Source: the human T2T-CHM13v2.0 reference genome, Homo sapiens
NCBI RefSeq assembly: GCF_009914755.1
Contig: NC_060940.1
Reading direction: 5' to 3' (one strand)
Length of the DNA: 64,000 bases
Positions within the stretch are counted from its first letter, which is position 1; every line of letters begins with the position of its first letter. The notes beneath the pieces are model-generated. The model did not search any database, was not told where the DNA came from, and saw only the letters and a program-made list of their open reading frames with translations. The position numbers were made by a program, and so were the translations under genes. Shown here piece after piece: positions 1 through 26,475 of the stretch.

Positions 1-359
1 ACAGTGTGAGGCCATGTCTCAAAACAAAACAAAAAAAAGCACTATTCTGAATAACAAAAACTTACATCTTACTACTGCAGACTGCCTGAAGGACTCAGCT
101 TCCCACTATTTCAGAATGTAATGTATCCATACCATGTTTAGGGCAACACAGCTTTTCTCTTATAATTATGGTATTAAAAAGCAAAACCGTGATTATACAT
201 ATTATAGTGTGAAAAAACTGCGTCACTTTCTAATGGCTAATTACCAGCACATTTGAAGGCTTAGAAAGAAGTGTATAACTGATTATTTAGGGACTGTTTC
301 TGTAACAGTACTTGTGCAAAGTATGTTCTGCAAAACACGTTCTTCAAAATGGTAATAGT

Positions 360-1065
360 GGCCGGGCATGGTGGCTCACACCTGTAATCCCAGCCCTTTG
401 GGAGGCGAAGGCGGGAGGATCACCTGAGGTCAGGAGTTTGAGACCAGCCTGGCCAACACGGCAAAACCCCGTCTCCACTGAAAATACAAAAATCAGCCGG
501 GCGTGGTGGCAGGCGCCTGTAATCCCAGCTACTCAGGAGGCCGAGGCAGCAGAATCACTTGAACCAGGGAGGCAGAGGCTTCGGTGAGCTGAGATCACGC
601 AACTGCACTCTAGCCTGGGCAACAGAGCAAGACTCCGTCTCACAAAAAAAAAAAAAAAAGAAAAAAGAAAAATGTAATGGTACATGAGAAAGATTTCAGT
701 TAACTTTGGTTTCTTGATAGTGGGAGTTAGCAATTATAATAAAATAAAAGCAGGCCAAGAGTGGTGGCTAACACCTGTAATCCCAGCCCTTTGGGAGGCT
801 GGGGCAGGAGAATTACTTGAACCCAGGAGTTCGAGACCAGCCTGGGCAACGTGGCAAAACCCCATCTCTACAAGAAATACAAAAATTAGCTGGGCGTGGT
901 GGCAAGCACCTATGGTCTCAGCTAATTGTGGGGCGAGGGGCTGAGGTGGAAGGATTGCTTCAGCGTGGGCGGTGGAGGCTGCGGTGAGCCGAGAGTGTGC
1001 CACTGCACTCCAGCCCAGGCGACAGCAAGACCCTATCTCCAAAAATAATAATAATTTAAAAAAAT
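360..1065 (+). mobile_element. Two Alu elements (AluS-type 360-672; AluJ-type 752-1065)
   Basis: Alu dimer consensus with A-rich tails. Confidence 0.95.
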
Positions 1066-1169
1066 AAAGTAAAATGCCAAGACTCTCCAGGAAGGAAATA
1101 TCATATGTAACTTCTCATAATTATCTCATCACTTCCAATAGCAATTTGGAAAAGGATGCTATTGAACTA

Positions 1170-1375
1170 TACTGTCAAATATGGTAGCCACTATCAACCT
1201 GTAGCTACTTGTTTATGTTTAAATTAATTCAAATTTAAAATAGTTCTCCAGTCACACTAGCCACATGTGAAATATGCAGTAGTCACAGGTGATTAATGGC
1301 TACTGTACTGGACACTGCAGATACAGAACATTTCCATCATCACAGAAAAAAATTCTATTGGATAGCACTGCTCTA
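1170..1375. mobile_element. MER3-like hAT DNA transposon fossil, followed by a MER58-like fragment to ~1530
   Basis: atatggtagccact...gaacatttccatcatcacagaa...ttctattggatagcactg motifs. Confidence 0.7.
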
Positions 1376-1877
1376 GAATGGCAGGGGTGGGAGGAGCTAT
1401 GTGTTTTTATAATTAAAATTTTAATCAGAACACAGCCATATCCATGTGTCTGTGGCCATAAAAGCACTAAAAGGTCAGAGATGAGTAGTTGTGACAAAAA
1501 CTATTTGGCCCACAAAGACTAAATTATTTACTTCTGTAAGGACAGCTTCAATCTCAAGATCAATTCTGAAAAGCTAACTAAAGGTTACAGTGAAATCTTC
1601 CACTTATCAGAATAACTAAACAACTACTTGTTTAGTTATTTATTATTTGATTATTTGTCCCTTTGTAGTTTAAAAGGTTCTATGTGATAAAGGAGATAGT
1701 CCTCCTATGGTGGTCATTCCTACAGAGAGAGTAAATAAAAGGTTATATTTGATAAAGAAGGAAATAGCAAAGGGACAAATAATCACCTTGCTCCTCTTTT
1801 CTGAATTAAAAAGAGTCACCTTTCACTAACACAATACAAATCTACTGTTTCTCTATGTTCACTGGGCTTAGGCATAA

Positions 1878-2203
<326 letters not shown>

Positions 2204-2323
2204 TCCTTTTTCTTTAATAAGATGTATACAAATACCCTTTGAAATAAAAAATTGTAAACCTCTCCAATATCTGCATTCCCAATCCATTCCAACATAAAAG
2301 CAGAGAAGTACTGGCACACATAC

Positions 2324-2457
2324 CTTCTCCATTACAATCAGAGCACACAGACTGCATCTGTTGTACCATCCCTGGAGCCAGCTGTCTGATCATGATGCGC
2401 ACACCTCGACCTCGACAAGCACTACACTTTTGGACAGCTCCAGACTTTCCGCCTTGG
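2324..2457 (-). CDS. DNAJA2: DNAJA2 exon 5 ([44 protein letters not shown])
   Basis: 134 nt, phase 2/1, acceptor tgctttag, donor gtatgt; CxxCxGxG repeats of type I Hsp40; gene continues beyond position 1. Confidence 0.98.
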
Positions 2458-2609
2458 CTAAAGCAAGCACAAGTTATGCATTAGGTTTTTGTCCACAAAC
2501 CACTCCAATAAGCTATGACACACAGAAATTGTGCTTTTACCTTCATCTTCAACCCCAATAACTTGTATTTAAATTGACTTCCAGAAGTATCAGAAAACAT
2601 TCTGCTAAG

Positions 2610-2793
2610 ATTTTTTTACTTATTTATTGAGATGGAGTCTCACTCTGTCACCCAGGCTGGAGTGCAGTGGCGCAATCTTGGTTCACTGCAACCTTCACCT
2701 CTCGGGTTCAAGCGATTCTCCTACCTCAGGTGATCCACCCGACTCGGCCTCCCAAAGTGCTGGGATTTCAGGTGTGAGCCACCGCACCCAGCC
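2610..2793 (-). mobile_element. Alu with internal deletion (right arm fused to left arm)
   Basis: gattctcctacctcag joined directly to gtgatccaccc. Confidence 0.9.
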
Positions 2794-2894
2794 GTAAGTT
2801 TTAACTTATAACAATTTTTACGTGGTACAGACATTCAGTGTGATACTTAAAAGAACAGACAAAATGTACCCAATAAACCAGAAGACACACTTAC

Positions 2895-2975
2895 CCACTG
2901 CATGCACTACAGAGCACATTCTTGCTAAGTTGTAGTTTGGTTGTCTTGCCATTATACAGATCTTCTAAAGATACT
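2895..2975 (-). CDS. DNAJA2: DNAJA2 exon 4 (VSLEDLYNGKTTKLQLSKNVLCSACSG)
   Basis: 81 nt, phase 2/2, acceptor ttctttccag, donor gtaagt; first CxxCxGxG zinc-finger repeat begins. Confidence 0.98.
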
Positions 2976-3334
2976 CTGGAAAGAAAAGAATCGGCTTCAA
3001 TCAAATTTTGCCACATTTTGTCAAATACAAGATATAAGTAACAGCTGATACAGCAAATTCGTTATCAACTTTTAAAACAGAATTCAAAAACACCTCATAA
3101 TCTCACATTAAATCAATTAAACTGAGGCTTATATTATGGCTCAAATTAACAGAAATATTTTATGACTACAGACAGTACATATATGATACCCAAAGCCAGA
3201 GCCTATAGCATCAGGCCAACAATTTGCTGTGGTGGAATTTCTGATAAAGCTGATGACTTCGCAAACTCAAATATCACAACCTTCTGTTCTGAGGCATAAG
3301 CCCTCCACCTAACTCCTAATAAAAACCCTTCAGA

Positions 3335-3440
3335 AGAGGTACAATTATTATTCCCATTTTATGTGATAAAACTGAGGCACAGAACAGTCAAGTAACTTGC
3401 CCAAGATCACATAGGTATCTGGCTCCAGAGTCCCTGTTTC
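3335..3440. mobile_element. MIR
   Basis: attattcccatttt...aaactgaggcacaga...aagtaacttgcccaagatcaca core. Confidence 0.85.
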
Positions 3441-3577
3441 CTCCATGGACAATTTAGAAAGGCTACAAAGTTATATTTCGGCTTAAGGGAGTCACTTAGA
3501 TGGCATATGTCTTAAAAAAAATAAAAGTGGCCCTACCTATAGTATGACAGAAAGGAGGGATAGAATAGTTTTTCATG

Positions 3578-3905
<328 letters not shown>

Positions 3906-5271
3906 TCATATTTTGGAGCATTTCAGATTTCAGATTAGTAATGGTCATCCCGTAATGATCTGCTTTAAAATCCTGGGAGTTAGAGGAACAAAAAAATAGT
4001 TTAAAGTATTTTACAAAGCACCTATACTATTTTGTGATATTCAAACTTTCTTAAAATTGTTATTCTCAGAAACTTAAAACTGTTGTAGGCAGGATAAGAA
4101 TACCACACGTATGGACAAAACATTACCAACAACACTGTCAAATAATGACCTATCAACAGCTGAGCTTTAGACCAAAACGCTTGCTGCATCTTGTATACTC
4201 TGCATAACAAATCATTTAAAGAAAATCGGCTTTCTTCCCCTACATATTAAATTACAATTGGTATGCACAACCAGTATCCTAAGCCAGAGAAAAATACACA
4301 TCTCAACAAAGAAGGCCAAGGAAGGAAAAATGCAGGTAATGGTTTGGCAAGGCTGGCACTCTCCACTAGTGGGGCCTAAACTGGCACAATCCCTCTGCAA
4401 GGCAATTTAGTTGTATTTATCAGCCTCAAAACACTCATGCCTGCCTGGGAATCTCTGCCAAGGAGAAACAAAGCTCTACATAAAGATACTCATAGCAGCA
4501 GTATCTATTACAGAGAAAAAACCTGGGAATACCCTATATAAAAGGTAAATAAATCATAGAATGCAGTATTATAAACATAGTATTTGTAATAACAGGAAAA
4601 TCTGAAATGTTAAAACAGCAGAAAACTTTCACTATATAGCATAACTTTTTTTTAAACATGAAGAACTATAAAGTACAGACAGCACTCTTTTGACCCTATT
4701 TTCTTTTTAGACCATTTCTATATTAAAGAAAAATATAAACGAATTAACCTGCACTGCACAAATATTACCATTGGAATGGTATCCAAATGTTAATTTCTGA
4801 GGGTAAATTCTTTTAAAAAACAAATTTAAGGATTCAATGAGACTCAAAGTTAACAGATAACATGACTTCCTCTAATTTACTCAAGTGTATAAACTAGGAT
4901 ATTATGAAATATTTTAAATAAGTACCTGAACTTCGGCCACTGACATTTGCTAATAAAATCATTTATTGGCCCATGAAAAAAAGAATGGGAAAAAAGACCT
5001 CCCAGATTTTGCAAAGTGAAACAGCTATTTTCATACTGGAGAGGGCTTGTGGATTCACAGTCTAAGACCAAGGTCAGGCACCATTCATGTGTTGGCAGGT
5101 TAAGGTCAGGCTGGAAGCCAGCAAGCTCCATGGAAACCAACTCAGAAGAGTTCACACTGAGGATCAAGTAATGAGTGACTCTAACATGTACACAAAGTAG
5201 GCAGACAGTCACTCATTTTTAGTTTTTAAATAAAAGGTAACTTGGAAGATTCATATACTTCAAAGAAAATA

Positions 5272-5971
<700 letters not shown>

Positions 5972-6159
5972 TTAAGAGCTACAGCGAAATAGAAACATTC
6001 AGATAATCAAATTCAATTTAGTCACCAAAAGAAGACAAGGCAAATGGAAGTTTTTCTAATGAAGGACAGAACACTCTATGAGATTTTTCATCTACTGAGT
6101 CATTATCCCACTTGACAAAAAGTACTTAATTTTTTAAAACAACAAAACAAGATATTCAC

Positions 6160-6383
6160 TTGAGTGGATGCATCATGTCCTCTCCTCTTCTTCTGCCATT
6201 TCGACTTCTACTCTGATTGCCCATGAAGCCGAACAATCCCCCACCAAAAATGTGAGAGAAAATATCATCCATGCCACCACCTCCGCCGCTGCCTTCCCGA
6301 AGACCTTGCTCTCCGTATCTGTCATATAACTCACGCTTCTCAGGATTTGATAGTACTTCATATGCAAAACTTATTTCTTTAAA
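6160..6383 (-). CDS. DNAJA2: DNAJA2 exon 3 ([74 protein letters not shown]), J-domain end and G/F-rich region
   Basis: 224 nt, AG at 6384-6385, GT at 6159-6158, phase 0/2. Confidence 0.98.
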
Positions 6384-6714
6384 CTATAAAGAAAAGGTAA
6401 AAATAAAAATAATTGCATTTTCAAGTAGAAGAGTGGGGAGAAGCTACAGGAATCCAGAATCCATTTAATTCTAAAAAAAAAAAAAAAAAAAAAAAGGGAC
6501 AAGTTACCTTTGACTTGATTCTGGTTCTATTTACCACCCACCGCTCCTCAGAATGGTAGTACTCTTATTCTAAAACTAAAATACTCTTGACATTATGAAA
6601 ATGTGGCTGTGTGGGCATAGTTGGATTTTTTTCCTGCAACATTCCTCTTTTTCAAGGAGGGCAATTTAAGTTAAAGCTAAAACCCCCGGAATAAAAAAGG
6701 TGCAAATAACTTAC

Positions 6715-6774
6715 TTTGTCTCCTGCATTTGGATTCTTATCAGGATGATATTCCTTGGCTAACTTTCTGTATGC
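6715..6774 (-). CDS. DNAJA2: DNAJA2 exon 2 ([20 protein letters not shown]), contains HPD motif
   Basis: 60 nt, phase 0/0, acceptor ttttcaaag, donor gtaagt; J-domain HPD tripeptide. Confidence 0.98.
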
Positions 6775-7729
6775 CTTTGAAAATGGATAAAAACAAAAAA
6801 GGTTATAACTAAACACCAGTTAAAAGTTTTGTAATAACTTAATATCCACTTTTCTGAGAAGTAATGTTCTAGAGTTATAACCTTTCAAAAATATTTTCTA
6901 TTCGTAGGGATTCTTCGGCACTTTCTCGCGATACTGTTTACTAATGTAATATAACCAAGTAGACAGCAGCTATACTTGAAAACAGGTTACAGTGACGTGA
7001 AAACCAGATAAAACAATGAAGCAATGCCACAGGGAAAAACAAAACGTTCAAACATTATCCATATTTTCCCTATTGTCAAGTGTCTTTGATGGCCAAGTAA
7101 CCAGACCAAGACGACCCTAATAAATTCGAGATAAATGACTGTTAAGCTTTGCGGACTGCAAAACATTACTATAAATCAAGCTAAAGTCACAATTCCTGCT
7201 CCCGATGGCTCACGCCTTCCTTCTAACTGTAACATCATGAAAAAGTAAAGGTGGTCCTAGTTAGCGTCTTTTGGTGTTTTATTTGCACGTGGTGGTTAAC
7301 TGGGGTCGTGGTGGCAACTTCGGTGGTAGAGAAGTTGCACACACTCTCAACGAGGTGTTTGGGTCCTAAAGCACTTAAATCTTCATTCACGGAGGCTCGT
7401 GAATTATATAATACAGACTAGCATTTCCGGTAAGGTAACAGGAAGTCCACTGTACTCTTCTCACTGCCTAAGGAGCATTCTCATTTTTCTCGGCTTACAA
7501 ATCTGGATGCTCTTAGCCTGGTGAGGATGCTGTGGGGCTTAAATGCCTCGTGTGCTTTGAAATCCTGAGATGAAAGATATCGCAGCATTGCAAATAGCAA
7601 TAATAAGGCCTTCTATTTATGTTTACTGTACACTCAGGCGTTTGGCTGGGACCACGGCTTATTCCTAAGCAGGTACAGGACATTAGCATTACCTGCCCAA
7701 AGAACAATGCATCCAAACACAGACCCAGC

Positions 7730-8940
7730 TACCTCCGGGTCAATGGGCGAGGGACGCAGAGAGGGAGGAGCTCCCGCAGCCGGCGGCCGCGGAACCCAGG
7801 AAACAACCCCATCCGCCCGAGGCGCTCTGTGGGGGCGGCCTCGACCTCCCCGCCGTTCCTCCCCGCGGAGCACCAGACCCGGGGCCGACGGCCGCGGGGC
7901 GGACAGCTTCTCTCTCGGGGCCGGGATGCGCTGAGCACCTCGGTCCAACCTGTTTTTCCGGGGTGGTGACCTCGACGCGAAGGACCGGGCGAGCTGCTGC
8001 CTCCCGGGGGATACCAGCCCCCGGCGCTCGTTCAAGGAGGGAGGAAGGAAGGGCTCCCATCGTGTTTGCGCAGGAGTGAGTTTTATTTGCTGCATCTGCG
8101 GGCGGGCGGGGCCGGCGGCCCCAAGGTCAGCCGAGGCCGGAGTGCGCGGCTCGCGGCGAGGCCGGTCCCGCCGCCGCCGCCGACTCCCAGCCCGGGCCAG
8201 TCACGGCCGGCGCCGGCTCGCGGGCAGCCCAGTAGCGCGGCCTGGCTGAAGAAGACATCCCTGGCCGCGCAGGCCCCGCGCCCCTCACACCCGCCCGGCC
8301 CGCTCCCAGATACCTTCTTCAGCTCGTTCTCGCTGGCGCCGGGCGGGACGCCCAGGATGTCGTACAGCTTCGTGTCAGCCACGTTAGCCATGGCGGCCGG
8401 CCGGGCAGTGCTCGGGGAGAAGGTGGCGAAGCAGACAGAGCGGAGTCGGGCCCACAAGCGGCGTCGGCGGCGGCACAGGCCGAGGGAGACAGCGAGGGGG
8501 AAGCGGGGGCGGGGCTGAACTTTGACCCAGCGCACGGTGCGCCGTGACGTCGCTGTGCAGAGCCCGCCCCCGAGCGCCCGAGGCGCGGCCACTGGGGTCG
8601 AAGTATTGAAGAGTGGGCCAGGTTCTCTGTTTTCCTCCAGGTCCAGGCGGCTGGGCAGGGCCAACGTAGGAAATGAAGAACTGTGCACGGCGCACCCCAG
8701 GAATTCAGCTTCCTCTCAAAAGCCATGGTTGCGAGGTCGCGTGTTTAACCTCGCACTGGCTGCTGAGGGAATTAACAGGCCTGCGCAGCAGCTTCGTTAG
8801 CTTCGAAAGAAAATGGGCCCCGGCTCCCGCAGGAGGCCCGCCTGGCGCGCAGATGTCGTTATTAGAATCCGGGACGTCGGTGGACCCTCTGGCTCTGGCT
8901 CCCTCGGGGCTTACGATGAAAAAAACTGGGGGGCGCGTGT
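7730..8940. promoter_or_regulatory. CpG island / TATA-less DNAJA2 promoter and 5' UTR
   Basis: Very high GC and CpG density across exon 1; GC boxes GGGGCGGGGC 8506-8515 and CCCGCCCC ~8563-8570; CRE-like TGACGTCG 8545-8552. Confidence 0.92.
8314..8391 (-). CDS. DNAJA2: DNAJA2 coding exon 1 (MANVADTKLYDILGVPPGASENELKK), J-domain start
   Basis: ATG at 8391-8389 in perfect Kozak gccgccATGG; 78 nt; donor AAG|gtatct; peptide recognised as Hsp40 DNAJA2 N-terminus. Confidence 0.98.
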
Positions 8941-9712
8941 GTGTGTATGTTGTGTTTTATATTATGAGAATTCTGAAACATTTAGCAGAAGCAGTATATT
9001 ACTCCCCATAGTGCAGTTAGCTACCTTTTACCTGTTTCATTGGCTCCACCATACATTTCTAGTGTTTTAAGGGAAACCGTTTCATTCATAAATACCCTAA
9101 GTGTATATATTTAATATCTAAGAGACAACTTTTAAAGGCATAACGATGTAATCTCATCTAATGAAATTAACAATTCCTTAATCTAATTCCCAGTCCATAT
9201 TTAGGTTTTTCAGATGATCTCATGTCCTTTTACAATTGGTTTGTGGCATCCGGGTCCAAACCAAGGTCCACATGTTGCATCTGGACCACGTGTTTAAGCC
9301 TCTTACTTGATAGCTTTAAAATTAGCTAACACCAGAGGTTTAGATGGTGTAAGGCAAGTCTGGCCACCAGGTGACTTGATTTACATTCGTTTTAGTTTCG
9401 CTCAGAAAGTATGCTGTGCATCTACCAAGTGCTATGATGTACAGAGGCCTGGTCCGGGGAGAGGAGTGTTACAAAAGTGCCTGCCTTCAACCCATTTACG
9501 GTTTATGGAGACAGAAAAGTAAGGTTTTCTGATCCCTTGGAACCTGAACTGATAGCAAAGACTTCAGCATAAGCATCTCACTCAGGATAATGTTTCTTCC
9601 TTGGCGTTCCCTTTGACCTAGTTGTGGAGGACCTGAATTCCATGACAAGGACTCTGAAATTTAGCTTGAAAACCCTAAGAGTAATCAGTGATAAGTCATT
9701 AATAGTCCTTAA

Positions 9713-10760
<1,048 letters not shown>

Positions 10761-12423
10761 ATTACTTAGAAGCTAAAAGAAATTAAGTATAAACTATTGT
10801 TCTTGGCCCATATGCTTACGTTGTCTTTGCTCATTTAAATTTCTGGCTTTTCTACTGGGATTCCCTGACTTCTTCCATTACCTATGGGGAATGCCCCTCC
10901 GTCCCTTTTCATGACCTCATCTTCCCAAATCTCCTTGCTTGTCAGTTATCATTTTCTCTCGTCTCATTTCTCTGTTAGTTCCTGCTCCACGTAAGAATAT
11001 GAACTGAAAATCTGTCTTTGTTGCAACCTTCATATTAATTTATCTTATTTGTTTCATATTGTTTTATCTTATTTTCCTTCTGCCCATGAACAGTTTAAAA
11101 GGGCTGGAGTTTCCTATTTGTTTCAGTTTTACTCAGTTTTTTTTTTTGCAAGAGGAAAAAATTCTCTCTTGATGCCATTTTAGCTTCTGATATTGTAATG
11201 AAGAGTAGCTGGGTAAATTCCCTCTTTTGTTCTTGTTATTTTATTTTAGTTTTTTACCTGACTAGACCAGTAACCACAGTAACTATTTTTGAATTTCATT
11301 TTCATTTCTTTGCAATATTTTCTCCATTTCTGGGTATTAATTGTAGTCAGCATAATTTGCTAATTTTATAGCTCGAGTTATTTCAGAAGAACTTTGTGTG
11401 CTTAAACTGACACAGGGTCTCCTCCCAAGGATCACAGACTGAGATAAACCTGTGTCAGTGTGAGCACTGTAATGTTCCAGCCACTAACTGTTTTGAGGTA
11501 GCATATTTATTTTGGCTTCATGTTTAGCCAATGCTGTGAAGGGAAAAGGACCTTTATCTCATTTCATGTCTCAGGCACTGTAAAATGCTGAGTCACAGTA
11601 CACCTGAGCGCTGCAGTGATCTAAAGTTTGAGGCGGCAGTGATTTCAGATTTCTGCCAGGCTTATATTGGTGTTCAATTCCTTTGCTTTGATTTAGTATG
11701 CTTGTGTAACTGTGAAGGGTTGGGATGGAGAGGAGGTGGATATGGACTGGGACGGGGGGTATAGGAACTGTAGTATTTTTGAAGACCATTGATACTGTTC
11801 ACAAGTAATTGGGAACTGTGTAATCCATTACTTAGACAACTCCAGATATATCATTGAGGCAGTCAGAAAATAGTTTTGCTTTCTGCTTTAACTAGGTTTG
11901 AATGTATAGAGTAAGTGATGCAGGTTAAAATATTTTGGGGGGATACAGAAGAAGGTACTGATGGTTCTTGTTATGAGGGTGTCAGGACCACATAATTTGA
12001 TGATTGTTGGTACTCTGGAAAGAAAAAATTGTGGGACTTGGATCACTGAATAATCTCTGAATTTCTTTCAGTGCTTAAAGTAGATTATTCAGTGATGGGG
12101 CAGCACAGTTGTATGTGGTAGGTATTTCTAGCCCCACTGCTGGCCTTTCAAACCCAGTCGTGTCAAACCCTGCCTTATTAATTAGCATTTTCCAAAGGTT
12201 CAGTTTGCTTATATAATTGCAGTGGTATAGTAAGCAGAGAAATTGACCCAATAAATTTAGCCATCTAACAATTAGTGTGGGAAAAATAGTGGAGAAGATA
12301 TGTCTATTGTGATAATATGAGATATGAATATGAATATATATGTTTTCCACATATATGTGTATATATATACACACACCTCATTACCACTGTAATATATATA
12401 TAATATATACATAATATACATAA

Positions 12424-13365
<942 letters not shown>

Positions 13366-13379
13366 TATATTTTTAATTA

Positions 13380-14120
13380 TGAGAAGAGAAGGAATTATCT
13401 GACCTATCTTGTCTGATTGTAGGTCATGAGACTTCCATTTCTGAAGGGGTCCTGTTCCATATCCTCAAGAAGGGAGTGCTGCACAGAGAGGCCATGAGGA
13501 ATCTAAGCAGACAGGCCTTGCTGGGTTTCCCCACTCAGTCTGTTAATATTAGATCATACCTTTTTGTCCAGTCACATTTTTACATGGTTGTCAATTATGC
13601 CTGTCCAGTAAAGTCTCCATAAAAGGCCCAAGAAGACAGAGTTGGAGTTCCTGGATAGCTGAACATGTGGAGGTTCCTGGAGGGTGGGGCACCTGGGCAT
13701 AAAAGCTCTGAGCCCCTTCCCTCATACCTTGCTCTGTGCATCCCTCCATCTGTATCCTTTGTAACATTCCTTATAATAAATTGGTAAATGTGTTTCCCAG
13801 AGTCCTGTGAGCCACTGTAGCAAAATTAATCAAACCCAAGGAAGGGTTCATGGGAACCCTAATTTCTATTCAGCTGGTCAGAGACACAGGTGAAACAACC
13901 TGGGGCTTGCTATTGGTATCAGAAGTGAGGCGACTGAGCCCTCAACCTGTGGGATCTGATGCTACCAAGTAGATAGTGTCAGAATTGAGTTGGAGGTCAC
14001 CTACCTGGTGTCTACTGTATAATTGATTGCTTGCTTGTTGGTGGGGAGAAATCCCCACATATTTGGTCACAGAAGTCTTCTGTGTTAATTGAGTGCGAGA
14101 ATCTGAATCTGAGTTTTTTT
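13380..14120 (+). mobile_element. MER21A/B-like solo LTR
   Basis: gctgaacatgtggaggttcctggagggtgg, actgagccctcaacctgtgggatctga, tggtcacagaagtcttctgtg motifs. Confidence 0.75.
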
Positions 14121-14129
14121 CACTTATCT

Positions 14130-15140
<1,011 letters not shown>

Positions 15141-15219
15141 GGCAGAAATGAGGGCAGGGTGAAAATAAAAGTTCATGTTAATTTATTAACATTCAAGGAA
15201 ATATTTTTTAAATTAAATT

Positions 15220-15742
<523 letters not shown>

Positions 15743-15749
15743 AATGTTT

Positions 15750-17110
<1,361 letters not shown>

Positions 17111-17140
17111 TCGTTATTGGATAAATATTAAGCAGTTTGA

Positions 17141-17530
<390 letters not shown>

Positions 17531-17589
17531 ATATTTGAACATTTTTGAAAAAAAATTTTGCACATGAAGAACACATGATGTTGTTCTGA

Positions 17590-18233
<644 letters not shown>

Positions 18234-18579
18234 GTCAGAATAAACTTGCTTAATAAAATTTCCATGCCTTAAGCATTAGAACAGTCATCTAAATCTGCAG
18301 TGACATTTTAAGTGCCAAATCTTTCTCCTAGCTATAACACTAAGAGGTCTCAATATCGCTTAATCAGAAAAAAAGGAAAGATATCATAGCTAAGAAAGAG
18401 AAAAAAATGAATGGAATACAGAAAGCTCCTTCACTTCTGAATTAGTCGTGAAGGTAGTCACAATCTGGAGTTCAGTTTTTTTGTATCAGGCACTTTTTCC
18501 TTAGTGAATTTTATTGGGTTAAAACAAATCACAGTATCAAAGAGACACAAAATAAAATGTGGGTAAATCAACCATCAAG

Positions 18580-25851
<7,272 letters not shown>

Positions 25852-26475
25852 TATATTTTCTTTTTAAAAAATGTGGTCTTTTATTTGAAAATCTTCAAGC
25901 ATATATGTCAAAATAGAATGCACATTTGATCACTTAAGTTATAGTAAAAAGGTCATAATGGATCTTTCTATGCTCAGTATAGATTATACTGTAACGTACT
26001 GTATACAGTAGATAGTGTGTACTGGTAATTATACTGTAATCTACTGTATATGGTAATCTATACTGTATACGGTAATGCTGGAAGCTTACAGTTCAGATTT
26101 AATCATTGCTTTCTAATACCTGCGTTATAACAGGTTCTTTTGATCTATGATTATGGAGTCATAATTTTTTTAAGCCTCATCAGAAATAATGCAGATTTAT
26201 TTCGAACTACCATCCCTTTCCCAAAGCTCTTGACTTTAGATTTCTTCCCATTTCAAAAGGCAAAATCTCTGGAGAACTTGCATCGAAATATATAAAAACC
26301 TCTAATTAACAAACAAGAACACAAATAACCCAATTAAAAATGGGTAAAAAATTTGAACAGATCCTTAACCAGAGAGAGTATACGGATGTCCAAATAAGTG
26401 CATAAAAAGATGCTTACATCCTTTGTCATTAGAGAGATACAAGACTGGGCTTGATGGCTCATGCCTCATATCCAG

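Noticed and set aside
4926-5157. Possible cryptic exon or intronic small RNA in DNAJA2 intron 3 (minus strand acceptor gatcctcag, donor cag|gtactt)
   Set aside because: No convincing C/D or H/ACA architecture and weak acceptor; cannot be supported without expression data
8400-9000. Heat-shock element in the DNAJA2 promoter
   Set aside because: No canonical nGAAnnTTCnnGAAn array found by eye; only mis-spaced GAA/TTC
7619-9070. Long overlapping ORFs in the CpG island (including the 201-aa ORF 8083-8688)
   Set aside because: GC-rich stop scarcity; only the 26 codons of DNAJA2 exon 1 are supported
18332-18453. Other AG...GT blocks (also 11896-11910, 12072-12117, ~31527-31605, ~58544-58612)
   Set aside because: Plausible splice signals but ambiguous frames or multiple stops; not counted as evidence for the fossil gene
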